From: Callorhinchus milii
Taxonomy: Eukaryota
Length of the DNA stretch: 64,000 nt
Reading direction: 5' to 3'
Assembly (NCBI RefSeq): GCF_018977255.1
Contig: NW_024704742.1
Coordinates: forward strand, 79,796,001-79,860,000
Below are positions 11,640 through 25,123 of this stretch, piece after piece (position 1 is the stretch's first letter; each line of letters begins with the position of its first letter). The notes below the pieces were generated by a model, which made no database searches, was not told the DNA's origin, and worked only from the letters and a program-made list of their open reading frames with translations. Position numbers and translations under genes: made by a program.

Positions 11640-13480
11640 TTACATTCACGCGAGGTAGTGACCTGGAGTGCTTGATAGTGGTGCAGTCTGACACCGAGCC
11701 AGGGGGAGAAGGACAGTGGAGGTGACCGTAAGCACGATCAAAAAGATAGGTCTTTAGGTGAGATTTGAAAATGGACATGGAGGGGGCAAGGAGGCGGGAT
11801 TGAAGGAGAGTTCCAGAGTTTCAGCGCAAGGTGGCTGAAGATACGGCCACCGATGGTGGAGTGGGTTAGACGAGGGACAAACAGGAGGCTGGAGCCAGCC
11901 GAACGGAGGCAGCAGGTGGTGGAGTAGGGGTAAACAGATTGGTTAGGTAGGGAGGTGTGAGGCCGTAAAGGGATTTGAAAAGGAGTAAAAGATCTTGAAA
12001 TTGATCAGTTCGGTAATTGGGAGCCTGTGGAGCCTGGAAAGGACTGGTGTGATAGGGGTACGGAGTTTTGTGTGGATGCGTATCTGGGCAGCGGAGTTTT
12101 GAACTAATTGAGTTTTGTGTATGATGGAGCTGAGGAGCGAGGGGGGCATTGGAATAATCCAGCTGAGAAGTAAAGAAGGCATGAATGAGACTTTCAGCTG
12201 CATTGGTTGTGCGGTACGGAGAGAGCAGGCAATGTGCTGGAGGTGGAAAAAAGCAGTCTTGGTCAGAGAATGGATGTGGGGTAGAAAGGAAAGCTGGGGA
12301 TTGAACCTGATGCCTAAGTTGTTCATGGGTTCGGTGATTCTGAGGGAGAGCCTGGGGAGGTTCAGACTTGCAAGGAGAGAAGACGTTGACAGGAACCATT
12401 CAATTACAGGAAATTTCCGCTCATCCAGGTTTTGATATCCGTCAAACAAGCTGACAGGACATCAATGGACTGAGAGTCGCCGACGTAGGAAGTAGATGTG
12501 GTTGTCATTCACATACGTGTGGAAGTTAAACCCATATCTGCGCATGACATCGTCGAGAGGGAGCACGTAGATAACGAAAAGAAGAAGACCAGTGATGGAG
12601 CCTTTTGGTCACCCACAGGTGAATGGGCAGATGTGGAAGGAAAAAACATTTGCCGAGATGTATTGTTCGCAGGTATTAAGTAGGACTCAAACCATGCGAG
12701 TGCAGTCCCACTAAGGTCGATGAGGGAGGAGAGGCAGTGCAGGAGCATGGCGTGATTGACTGTGTCGGACACGGCGGAGAGGTCCAGGAGAGCGAGGTGG
12801 TAAAGGGAGGCCTAGTCACAGAGAGAGTGGACGTCATTTGGCCAAACGCTGTCTCTATGCTGTGGGAAGGGCGAAAACTGGACTGGAGGGGTTTGAGTAG
12901 GGAGTGGAGGGAAAGGTGTGAGCAAAGTTGATTTGCAACGATACTTTCCAAAACTTTGGCCAGGATAGGCAGGTTTGAGGTGGGTCGGAAGTTTGTGAGG
13001 TTGGAGGGATCAAGGGTAGCTTTTTTAAGAAGAGTGATGACATTGTTTTTGAGGGGGAGTGGGCCAGAGCCTGAGGAGAGGGACTGGTTAACTCTCTCAG
13101 CCAGCAGTGGGCAGAGGCGGGGGAGTTGAGTGACCAGAAGCTGGATTGGGAGGGGGTCCAGGTAGCAGGTGGTGGTTGTCATCTGGGTGATGGTGAGGGA
13201 AAGGGAGAAGGGAGAGATGGGTGATGGTGGGGGAAAGGAGTGTAGATTGGGGGCTGTGGTAGGACGATAGGGTGGTGGTAGGTGACATGGAGATGGGGAT
13301 GGGCGTGAGGAGGATGCAGCCAGGCGGTGTTATCTATTTTAGAGATAAAGAAGTCCAGGATCTCTTCGCATTTGGCATCAAAAATGAGGATCTAGGGTGC
13401 TTGAGAGGTGGCATGGAGGATGTGGTGGGTAGTGGAGAACAGGAATTTGGGGTTGTTTTGGCCTCGAGAATGACCCGTGA
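11640..13480 (-). mobile_element. Degraded L2 LINE (RT region and 3' end)
   Basis: ORFs 11866..13182 with FRPTSNLPILAKVLE, TVNHAMLL and QNSAA motifs; frameshifted. Confidence 0.9.
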
Positions 13481-15993
13481 ATAGTTTGCATTTATAGGAA
13501 ATGTGGATTTCAATTGAAAACACTTGCACAGTGTATAGAGGCTTACTTGACTCTTGTGCCACAATGGTACATGATTATCTTTGATGAGAAGCATCAGAGG
13601 GTAATACATTCGACATTCTGTTCAAAAGTTTAACATTAGCAAAGGGGAGATTCCACATTCCTTTTTACATTTCACAGCACCTGGTAAGGCATTACAACTT
13701 TCAAGGATTTGGACTACACTGATAAATAAATTGAAAAGGTATTTAGTAGCTGGGGTTCTTCAAGCCCCTTAGGAATTCATTATTCTTTCCTGGTGTGAAA
13801 TACATGTCAATTTATTAAATCATTTTCAGATTATACTGTATTAAAAAATATTTTTTTTCCTAAAGAGTGGAACCTAATGGTCCAAAGATTTTCTAGCATT
13901 GCCCTGGTCTGGACATTTGCTGATATTATTGTATATTGCTTCCTTAAAGAAATGATGATATGAATGCACATTAATGCTAGATATCTTGATTTTTTATATT
14001 GGCAAGATATATTACATTGCAGGTGATGTTGAAATCTTTGAGTGCTTTGAGATGCCCTCCTGATGTGAAAGTGTAAATTGTATTGTATAGTAAATCATCT
14101 CAGTTTAGTCAAAACATAATGGCAACAATCACAGAACAAACCTGTTAAAATGAGATCTGAAAGCAAAATGAAGACGACACTCAAAGAAATTGAACATTTT
14201 AGTTGTGGCTGATATGTAGACATAGTATGCACTATTTTTTGTGGGTGCAGTGGGAATGCTTTGATCATTATGCTGTGAAGTGAGGGCAATGTATTCATAA
14301 ATACAAGGGGCTGCATTTGAATGATAATATTTATTGTAGTGTTGATGTGACTTCATTACATGTATAATTGTAGTGTCTGTGTGTATGTGAAATCCAAAAC
14401 AAGAGGGCATCAATACATGGTGACCAAAAAGTCTTGATGGCATTATAATATCTAAGTCTTAAAGAAATGATGATATTTTTGTTTTTTATTATTAAAATAA
14501 ATGGTATCACAGCTTTTTGGTCAGTCTGTATAAGATAGTCATGCTAGTTTAGATGGATGTTCTTTGCACAATGGGTGGTGAGAATGCTGGAAGCTGTGTG
14601 ACTCCCTGCTGGAGGCTGTGAGTTAAGCAAAAAGCATCAATGTATTTATGATATTAGTGAAATTTTAATTCCGTGAATGAACAGTTTGTTATGTCAAATG
14701 TATTATATCCTGTTCAACAATTCTCTCTATAAATTTGGCTAATGCTTTTTTTTTGGTTAGGGGGGCTCTTATGGTACGTAAGTAGGTGAAATAAACCCAA
14801 AAAGGTAAAGCAATAGACTATCAGTGAAAGAACTTGGGACAGACGCTTTTTCTGCATAAAATCAGCCTTTTATGTTTTTTTTTACCAAAAAGAGTATCCA
14901 AACCATACTGAAACTTCCATGCAAACCACCTACATATGGGAATTCCAGAGATAGATGGTTGTAATGGAATGCGCACTCTCTCCCTGGAGGGATGTTTCCT
15001 GCTTCCCTAATTCCAGAAAGTATTAGGCACAGGTTGGCAAGAGCCAAGGCCTGGGGTCCCCAGAGTGTGCATTGGGGTACTGCTGCAATCTAAACAGCTA
15101 AAACTGCAAAGCTTGCCACTGATATCACTCTCTGGCAAGCTTTCCCAATGCTTGTCCAGGACCACCCTACAAGTTAGGGCTTTGGTTTGCAGGGTTAGCA
15201 GTAGCTGAGTGGTTTGACTCCCTGCCCCAGTGATCAGTCTGCCCTTCCAGGTCCTGCTGCTGAGCCAGGCCGGCTGTGGCTGCCCAGGCTCAGCAGTGTC
15301 CCTGGCTAGACTATTTAATGACTAGAACAGGTTAGCAGGAGGGTTAGTTGAGACCTGGATACCTGACTGATTTAAAAGACAGCTTTGATATGAAGACTGT
15401 AGGGTGGATATTTTAGAAAAGTGAGATCAGAAATGCCGAAAGGCCTTTTTTATCTGAGCCAATTTTGTGATTTCTGGAGCTCACTGCTGGTTGTATAGGA
15501 GAGCAAGCACAGGACAAAAACCCCAGTTGGACAGATACAGATTATGGCCGAGACTGTATTTCAGCTATGTTATTTTGCTCAGCACCTTGGATTTTATAAG
15601 TTTTATTCTCAATTTTTCGCCCAGTTTGTTCTATTTCTGCTCATAGTAATAAGACTCCCTCTCTATTTTGGTCAATTGTTACCAATTCTTAGACTGCTGC
15701 ATGCATTATCTCAGTTTAGATTGTTCAATGGTGATTTAGAAAGTTTTATCCAAGCCATACCTCTGGATTTGAATTAATAATCTTGGTTTGCATTCAATTG
15801 TGGTTGTGGAGGTGCACTATATTGTCGATAAACCCTCAGATATAATTCACTTCTTAGCTGTTTTGGGGGATTGACTGTGCACAAATTGGTTGTGAAATAG
15901 GTAGTCACTACACACTATAGTAAACCTGTAAAGGACTTTACGATGACTTGACATCACGGTAAGGTGTTAAACCAAATACAAGGATTATTTCTA

Positions 15994-16325
15994 CAGGGTG
16001 TCCACAAAGTACTCTTATCATCCTCATATATAGACTGATATGAGTCTATGGAGGAGTTGAAACAAGCAGTGTTTTGGTCATCACTCCATCCATGTTATGG
16101 AAGACGTTGTACCAAACATGGCGACAGATCATTACCTGCCATGAAAATGATGTCTGGACGTCTAAGTACAGTTAAACACTTGTACTGAATACAATTAAGT
16201 ACTTCTAAATACAATTAGCATCAGTCTTCCACATGTTTCAGTTGTTGGTCAGTGCACTGTAAAAAAAGACTGTGAATCCCCCAGAACTGTGAAAAACAAA
16301 GTAACAGGACTTTGTGGACACACTG
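15994..16325. mobile_element. Non-autonomous Tc1/mariner element
   Basis: TIRs CAGGGTGTCCACAAAGT / ACTTTGTGGACACACTG, TA on both sides; internal remnant resembling a transposase C-terminus. Confidence 0.82.
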
Positions 16326-17869
16326 TAAAGTACATTTAAATGAATTTCAGTAGAAATAAAGATCACAAGCTGTATAGCTACAGTGGACATTGAAAACATA
16401 TGCATTGAAATAATGTGATGGGTTTTCTACGTACTTTCGCATCCAAAGGTTTAGACTTCAAGGACAACAAATGATCTGCCACTCTAATCCAATATTTATA
16501 CAAGTGGACCTCATCACAGTAACTCGAGGAACAATATTCAAATGTGTGACATGAAGTACTTTGAGACGTATTGAAGACATGATAAGGCGCTATATCAAAT
16601 GCAAGGATTATTATTATATTATTATTATTCAGCTGCAACCTCAATTCCATTTATTGATAGTCATGAAGTATGTTAAGTTCCCAATCACTGGTTGCCACGA
16701 AGTACATAATGTCAGTCAGGTCACCTCTTGGAAATGTGTTTGCTTAGTTATTGTACAAACATTTTAACCTCACTCTACACTGTCATAGACTAATAAGCCT
16801 TCAGGGGCATTGAAAATATAGCTTTAAAAAACCCTAGTATAGGTTAAAATGTTCAATGGATAATATTGATGTTATTTTATCTTTATTTTCCCTTGATTTT
16901 CAGCAATCTTTGACAACAGAAGTGCTCAACTTCCAGTAAAGTACATAAGACAACCACAGAGATTACTGCCTGAGTACTGTAAATGCACGCAGGACAAAAC
17001 CACAACGGTGGTGACATCCACAAAACCTTATGACCCGGATGTTGGTCACTTTTGCATTTCAAAATTCCCAACATCTGTCAAATAAAAAATGATGTTTAAG
17101 GATTGAATAATAATATTGAAGTGTACATATCCAAGTATATTCTAAGGCTTGATGCCAAGGGTTAGTAACATCAACCTTTGACATACTTATTTGAAGGGAG
17201 ATACAAATTTAAAGTGGTATTTGAACAGAGGTAGTTGTACAACAATTATCAGATGATGGCCGTATTGACTATTAAAGGCAAAAATGCTCTCGCCTCATCT
17301 CGGGGAACCATTCAGCTCTGGGATACTTATCAATGGATGATGGCAAAAGTTAAGGTCATGCTGTTATTGGAAGTTAACTGGGAAAATGCTATCTGAACTG
17401 GGTCAGCAGCCAGATAAAACACTAAAATAAATGTTAAAAAGCAAGCAAGAGCAATGTTCAAAAGAAAAAGCATTTTCAACAAAGCAGACATTCCTGAACT
17501 CCAGAAAATGACCACTGGGTTGAAGATTTTGGTGAAATTATATCAGGGGTACATATAATAAATGACAAAAAAGGCAAGCTCTTATACACATTATACAAAA
17601 GTCAATTTATAGCAAATCTCTAACGTATAAACTCTTTTTCCCAAACCACTTAAATCATCTTTACTTAAAAAACAATTTCTCTCCTTTGAGTGTCTTCGCT
17701 TGAATCAAAGCAACTTAGTAAATTGGCATTGCTACATCACTGTATATCAGAACCTGACCTCATGATTAAAACAAACTAAATTTGACTAAAATCATTTAAT
17801 AAGTCATCGCAATATCGACTTTTGCGCCAAACGCACTATTCAACTTAACATGAATTTATCATTTCATAA

Positions 17870-18600
17870 TAAATAATACTAATACTTGCACTTGATATAG
17901 TGCCTTATCATGTTGGTGAGACATCTCAAAGCGCTTCCCAAGATTTACTGTAAAATCGATTGCCTGTGTATCTTGTGGATGAAACTCAACAGCCAGCTGG
18001 GTGCAGCAATGTCACACAAATAGCTATCAAGTGGGTTACCCTTTATCTCCTAATCCACAACCTGCTACCTCCTCTCGTCTGTCTCCGGCCTTCTGCATGT
18101 CCCTCATGCCCTCCGTTCCATCATTGATGGCTGAGCTTTCAGCCGGAAATTCTGGAACACTCTCCCTCTTGCCGCGGCTTGGAATCATGCTCCACCCACT
18201 GTCAAGCGCTCTGGGAAGCTCTCCTGCATGAGGGGCGGTCTATAAATGCAAGTTGTTGTTGTTGTTGTTCGAAATCTGAAACTCTCTCCTCCAAAAGGCT
18301 GTGGATCCTGAATCCATTCACATTTTCAAGACAGAGGTAGATATATATTTGTTAGGTCACGGTATTAAGGGATATAGGTCGAGGGCAGGTAACTGGACTT
18401 GTGGTATAGATCAGTCATGATTTTACGAAACAGTGGAACAAGCTTGAGGAGCTGAATAGTCTACTCCTGTTACACATTTTATGTATTTGAGGGAGGATTA
18501 TTGACCAGAATATCTCTTTTTGGACAGCGCCTTGGGAACTTTAACACCCACCTGAACAGACAGATGGGACCTCCATTTAACATCTCATCCAAAGGATGCT
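17870..18600. mobile_element. Cluster: SINE 3' half (-), L2 3' end (+), CR1 3' end (+), DeuSINE fragment (-)
   Basis: Recognisable tails: (TTG)n at about 18252-18269 and CR1-like GAATAGTCTACTCCTG at about 18454-18469. Confidence 0.7.
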
Positions 18601-20334
18601 AAAAATTTGAAAAGTATATATTTTTTAAAAAAATTGACAACAAGTTTTCCATGTGGGAGCTGGTAACATTTGTGATGGAATAAAACAAAAATAGTGCACA
18701 AGCCTAAATAAAGTACAGATTTAAAACCATCTCAGTAAATAATTCTACAACATGGATAGTGCAAAGAAGTTTCAAACTTTTCTTAATTTCCAAGTTAGTA
18801 ATGATTAAAGCACAACAAGTCATAAATGGAATTAAAAGCTGTAAAAAACAAAAGATTACTTGCTAATATGCTTTTCCTTCTTTAAATACAGCCAACCATT
18901 CTCCATCCCATACAATTAAATCAACTAAGATAATACAGTACTTTTATTTGACACACCATTGTTTTTTCAAAGCGATTCACAAGCTTTACTGTGGAGGACA
19001 GCGATTGTATATTTTGTAGGCAAACATGGCAGCTAGTTTGTGCATAGCAATGTCCCACAAACAACTGTGATCAATTTGCTGGGACATTATCCTGCGTGTG
19101 GAACGCTACATAAACTCAAGTTGTTGTTGTTTTATCTGGTGAGTGTTGAAGCATCCCGGCTGAGTTTATTTTTGATGAGTGATACATCATGGGAATGTAT
19201 GCTAAGCTTTGCTGATGTGAACTGTATATTTATAATCATTTTAATACTATTACAATCATTTGAATTTGTTAAAAGTTGATTGTTATGTGTTTTATTATGT
19301 ATTGTGATGTATGATGGTAATTACTTAACATTTATACTGTCATACCATTGTTTTTACAAAAATCAACTAAGAACATTCTTGTAACCTTTGAAGCAAAACA
19401 GACACTGTCTTTGTCCTATTTAGTGTCCTTTCTGTACATGGTACAGATAGGCTTTCAAGTTAATTATATTGATAACCTTGTGACCTTTCTCAGCACGGAC
19501 CCATGTATGTTTTTTCTTTCCTTACTTATTATCTTTCCTTGCTTCGTTGGATACATTAAGGTAGATATGAAAACATATTTTGTAAGAGGCTTGTGTGTTT
19601 GTAAAGGTGGTTGGGAAGTGCTTGATTGGAAAGGGGAGAGGTGAGCAAAAAGATCAGGAAAATGGTGTGTAAATATTGACCACTGACTAACCTAATATTG
19701 AAACAGCCTCTAAATGGAAGTAGAAGGCAATTAAGACAACTGTTTTCCAGATTGGTGACTATACCTTTCTATATATGCATATCAATACATAAAGCTTTTT
19801 TTAAAAAAATAGCACATATCTCTGTGTGCTTGGTTATTTTGATGATTAAAATCTGAAAATTAATAACTGTTTTATAAAGGAATTTATTTAAAGTAAATAT
19901 AATACAAGATTGACCCATTCGCAGTCAACAAAGTGAATATCACTGAAGAGGCTGCAGCCTCTGCAGTTAACACATTGCCAATTTGAACTCACCATTGGAG
20001 GGCAGAAGTACTTTGATTTATACAGCAACTTGACCTGTAAATTAAAATGAAATTGGTGAAAAATTCCACCAGAATCTTAGACTAGACTACAAAAAATGTA
20101 ATTACTTCCTCCCTACAGATAAAGAACACAGGAGATCATTTATAGAAAAACAGTCAATCGATGTAACAGTATATCACATGAATGGCTTTGGGATCTCTTC
20201 TTGACATAAAAAGCACTATACCAAATGCAAGGATTATTTGTTAGATTTGCTGACAAATGAAATGGACTTTCACATTGCTGTTAAAGCTGTAATGTAAAAG
20301 AGATCTGCTCTTAATGACTCAGAGGAAAAGTACT

Positions 20335-20570
20335 ATAATAATAATATATTTGATATAGCTCCCTTCAAATCAGCAGAATGTCTCAAAGCACTTCACAGGA
20401 TATATTGTAAAGCACATTGAATGTGTATCTTGTAGGTAAACACAGCAGCTAATTTGCACAATATCCCACAAACTTCCATGAAGTGAATGAACAATTTTAT
20501 TTGGGGGATAGTTGAGCTGGACACTGGGGGAAACTGCCTTCCCTTTTGAAATAGTGCCATGGGCTCAAAT
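20335..20570 (-). mobile_element. Degenerate DeuSINE 3' part
   Basis: Tail and Deu-like segment as at 10778-11145. Confidence 0.6.
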
Positions 20571-20972
20571 AGTACGAAGAGATTTTCTGGAACAAAGCCT
20601 CCCCGTTGCAGAAATGAGGGGGACCACAAGATGTCATAAGATGTGAGCTTCTTATTATTCCCTCATTTCCCCTCACGGGGGACAGGATGCTTGTAGCGAG
20701 TGTGCTAGATTAAATTTGCTTTTGCTTTGACAGGCAGTTGAATGCTCCAGTTTTTGAGAGTCTGTGAGGTGAATGTGATTAAATCGATATACTGATAGAT
20801 TCCAATGTAAACAATTGTACATTCATCTAAATGTTTGTCTCTCAAACTTGTTGCATTTCGCAATATTAAAAGTGAACTAGTAGAGGTTATAAGTTTCAAA
20901 CAGCTGAGAAGTGGTCTGAATATATAGAAGGCTGTAGCAATAAAACAAATGCAAGGAAATAAAGGATTTTCT

Positions 20973-20978
20973 TTTATT
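20973..20978 (-). terminator. Candidate polyadenylation signal for a long SLC44A1 3' UTR
   Basis: AATAAA on the minus strand at the distal edge of a repeat-poor AT-rich block. Confidence 0.35.
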
Positions 20979-23940
20979 AACAAAAGCTGAATTTTAATAC
21001 AAATATTACAAAGTTACAGTCCAGGAATGAAACTATATGGAATGTATGTAAAATAATTTTCAGTTAGCGGAGTGTCAGTAATTAGCTCACATGATAGAAT
21101 ACAGGTTATCTCTGTGTTCAGTCACCCAGCAGACCACAAAATATATTGAACAGAGGCACACAACTTTATTTGGAGTTGGCAAATGGAATGTGGAACCAAA
21201 CCAATGATTTTCAGCAATTTCCAACCGCTTGGCAGTTGAAAAGAAAGTTTTGCCGAATCTTGCTGGTAACATTTTGAATTGACATTCGGCAACATTTGTG
21301 CGATTAAAATGTAGTGCAGATAAACTGGACACCAATGCAATATAAGACGGAAACCTACCAGAAAGAATTCATTGTAGAGATCATAATGGAAATAAAAGGT
21401 GTGTTTTGGTGTCGGTTGAAGCAACTTTACATCAACTTTACTCCATTTTCCCCTTTCAACATGTGATCAAGCCAGATTGTAAAACCTAAAGTTTGGAAAG
21501 CACCTCACCTCAATTTGGCCCCCTAATAAATATGCTCCTCTTGCTTATCAAAAAAGGTGTTTCATGTTAGTCATGGCCCTCATGGAGCTTGTAGAGTTAA
21601 ACCTCAAAGCAGAACACTTTAACCCTTTCAAAACAGATAAAACATCTGATTTATTTTAACAAGCTGCAAGTTATGACTAATCATTAGTCAAACACTTCAC
21701 TCAATCTTTTCTTCAGTTTGAAGGTGAAAATTGATAATGAACAGTATCATGAGGCTGGTCGTCAACTTAAATTAATTGACTGGGCTAACCACCTACTCAC
21801 TCCCTCACCTGGGAAAATAGTTAGCCCCCAAACTGTCCATTGCACCCCATAACATTGGACTATTGGTTAGTGGGTTATCGCTTTAACTCACCAAAACAAT
21901 CTACTAATCACACTAATCCAGTAATACCATATGCAGCCAGCATTTTTGGCATAGCCACTATGACAGACTTGAGAGAGTAAAGTGAGAGGTGAAAAGGGGG
22001 GTAAAGCAAGCCACACCCAGGTCAGTTAAATAAAGATTAGCTGACTAAATCTTGATGTATTGCGATTTTCACCCACATTTCTGGGAAAGATTTCTGCATA
22101 TAACTGATGATATAATCCTCACAATTCAGCAAACAATTCACAAGAAAATCAAAATAGGTTAAACAAGACCACTAAACCTTATTTCCCAAAAACTTAAACT
22201 TAAAAATAAATGTGTGTATGTGCAAACATTAGAGTAGACTTCTATGCTTCTATTTTGGGCCATAAATTTGACAGTGCAATCATTTCTTCAGTTAGAGAGG
22301 TCAGTGGTAAACCACAGCTTTGTTGCTTTTTCAAAAGAGTCCTGAAAATATTTTTGCAGCTTACTTTGATATTTGTAAGACTGAACAAATTGCTGAATTA
22401 CAGGTTTTAACTGAAAGGAATAGTAAAAAGTTCAAGGTGATGAAATAATGTGCACTGTAGTTCATGATTTTGTTGCAATACAAGGTTTTAGACTCAACTT
22501 TAGAGGAAGGTTTTTATAATGAATAAATAGAAGCAATTTTGTAATTTTACAATCCAGTAATCCCCTGGGAAAGAGAGAGATGGAAGAGCGAGAATCAGGG
22601 TCATGTAAAAATTCTAAAGTGGTTATTTACAAAAGGATCTAGATCCAGTTACTGTTATTCTAGAATTGTTAAGGAATAAAAATCAATGTTAATATATTCA
22701 TTGCAGGTTTTGCCTCTCAACATTTGGCATATCAATGTTAATCATTTGCATCCACAAATAAGCTTCAATGATAAGTCAAAATTTATGCTTAGCAGAAAAG
22801 CAGCTAATATTAAAAAATGCTCCTTCCAACAGGAGTCCGACTGGATTAAACAATGGCTCCAGAAAACTTGATACAAGACCATTCATTTTTAAAGCATAGC
22901 TGTCAAATACCCAGGAGTTAAAAAAAACAAGGTGTTTTGCTTAAAAAAACACCAAATTACAGTATTGCATTTCCGTAAGGTACACCTTTGTAGTCAGCAC
23001 AAGTCATCACGCAAAATATTATTCTGAATATTGTTATAAAACTTCATTGATATTGCTGCACAGCTCATTTATAAAAGAGCATTGTGAAACGCATACAAAC
23101 AATAGTTACACGTTTTAGTGTTTAAAGCTCAAGTCATGATATTCCCTTTAGGATGACAATACTTTACTGAATGGGATTCCTGGAACTGGGACACACGTGG
23201 TTATGTCAAATTGGCGGTTCATTACAAAACGTTGAGTCACTAAAATCCCCAAGAAATGCATTTTTAAACTAGCTGCATATTGTTGCAAATTATTGCATAT
23301 TATTGGCAAAGTTCCAGGGAGGGAAAGAAAAATGAAGCACAACTGTCCAAATTAAATCTATTTTGGAAAATAAACACCCTGGGCACTGTAAAGCTATGAA
23401 CTTGCGAAACTTCAGAGCTTTTTAAGAACTCGCAAAAAAGAAGTGTTTAAAAAAAAGCCCCTTTTTGGAATGCCTGCTATGTTCCATAAGTTGGTTGTAA
23501 TCATGCAGAAGTTGCTCCAGAGGCCTAGAAAACAAACAGCAGTACAGTACAATCTTAGACTAAATCATCTAAAAAATTACAAACAGTTTTTAAATGAACA
23601 AGTATCCCTTCACACCATCCCCCTTTGCCAAATCAACCACAAATTCTGAACGAACATCAGCAACTTTTCTGTATTTTTTCAAAGCATTACCTACCCCTTC
23701 CCACCATTGATGCGAGTCTTTTAAATTAATGTACCTGCATGTCGCAGAGATGAGGGCACAACTTGGGCTCAACTCTTGCAGTACTTGAAAGGTGATTAAT
23801 AATTAAGATAATCACTTATTTAAGAAAATCCGATAACAAAATGTTACTGAAAATTATGCAGGAAACTCAAAACCTCACATTCTACTAAACTTATTTGTAT
23901 CTGCATCAAGATATATAAATGAGCTTATTTTTTAAAAAAA

Positions 23941-23970
23941 CTAGTCCGTTGTCTGCAGGTATTGAAGGCA
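23941..23970 (-). CDS. SLC44A1: Candidate SLC44A1 terminal coding exon (CLQYLQTTD*)
   Basis: Strong polypyrimidine acceptor (cctcctctttccttttag), phase 0, early stop, then about 3 kb of repeat-poor AT-rich sequence ending in AATAAA at 20978-20973. The peptide itself is not recognised. Confidence 0.4.
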   Translation of the reverse strand, partial: CLQYLQTTD

Positions 23971-24439
23971 CTAAAAGGAAAGAGGAGGCAAGTAAGGTTC
24001 TGCAGCACAGCTTTAAAATAGATTTCAAGGAAGGATTAATTACAATAAGCTCCTGATAACTCAACCCTGGCTTAACTAGTCACTACCATAAGCCATCATG
24101 GTGTCAATATCCCAACCACATTTATTTATGTATTTAATACATAAACCAAACTCGCCACTCCGGATAACTCGTCACTGACCCCTTTTTCTTTGAATGAATC
24201 CTGAATATTTAAATGAATCATATGAATCTTTCAATATTCATCTATTCCTTTCTGATTTACCCAACACACCATTATCCAATACAGAAATGTTCAGTTTCCA
24301 GGCCTGCAACTGGACTGTGAAACTGGCAGCAAGAACAAAGGTGGGGATAATGACAAAAGAAACTGTTGAAACTGCCTCTTATTAAATGACTCATTAATAG
24401 ACACCAGCCTTAGAAGGCGAGTCAGAATGAATAAATAAC

Positions 24440-24573
24440 ATCTTGCTCCAAGACATTTCGTCCACAAATATACAGTCAATTCATTTAACAATCTATTCTG
24501 GGAAGTGCTTTGAGACGTCTCAACGACATGATAGGGTGCTCTATCAAATGCAAGAATTATTATTATTATTATT
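24440..24573 (+). mobile_element. SINE 3' fragment
   Basis: CACAAATATACAGTCAATTCA...ATCAAATGCAAG(ATT)n. Confidence 0.8.
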
Positions 24574-25117
24574 CCAGGTAACCATGACAAATGCTTCATT
24601 TTTCTGGATTTCAAATATCCATTGATCTAAAGTTCAATAGAAGTGAAGCAATATTCATCAGGATTGGAATTGAACTCACGCAACATTATTGAATTTTACA
24701 GGGATGCTCAAGAATGTGCTTTACATCTTTTTAAACAGTTCCATACATTTAATTTGTCTTATTTCAGCTGATTGTATACACCATGCAATATTTTGCAGAG
24801 GGGAGCAGGTCTGTGTGTGGTACTTTACTACCCTAGGTATACCAATATTACTTTTCTCACTGCATTCTTTGTAGTCCACCAAAAACATGGTAACTCAAAG
24901 CATTCTGTCTTTTGGAACATTCAAATTGTGTTAATCGGGGAGGGGAAGGATTGTATTCTTATCATGTGGTTCATATTTACTTCCCAAAGTAACAGCTCAG
25001 ATTGCGCTGAAGTTTTAACCCTCTTGAAATCATTTATGCAAAGTAATCCAAGATTCTCTTGTCGTAAGGCAATCCTTACAACAAGAGAATAGATAACCTG
25101 ATTTTTATAGTCCAACT

Positions 25118-25123
25118 TTTATT
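25118..25123 (-). terminator. Candidate proximal polyadenylation signal (exon 15 read-through isoform)
   Basis: AATAAA on the minus strand about 1.25 kb after the read-through stop at 26369, with repeat-free sequence between. Confidence 0.3.

Noticed and set aside
21690..21720. LKKR-type CTL1b terminal exon (CTGAAGAAAAGA)
   Set aside because: No AG acceptor immediately upstream and no stop directly after KR.
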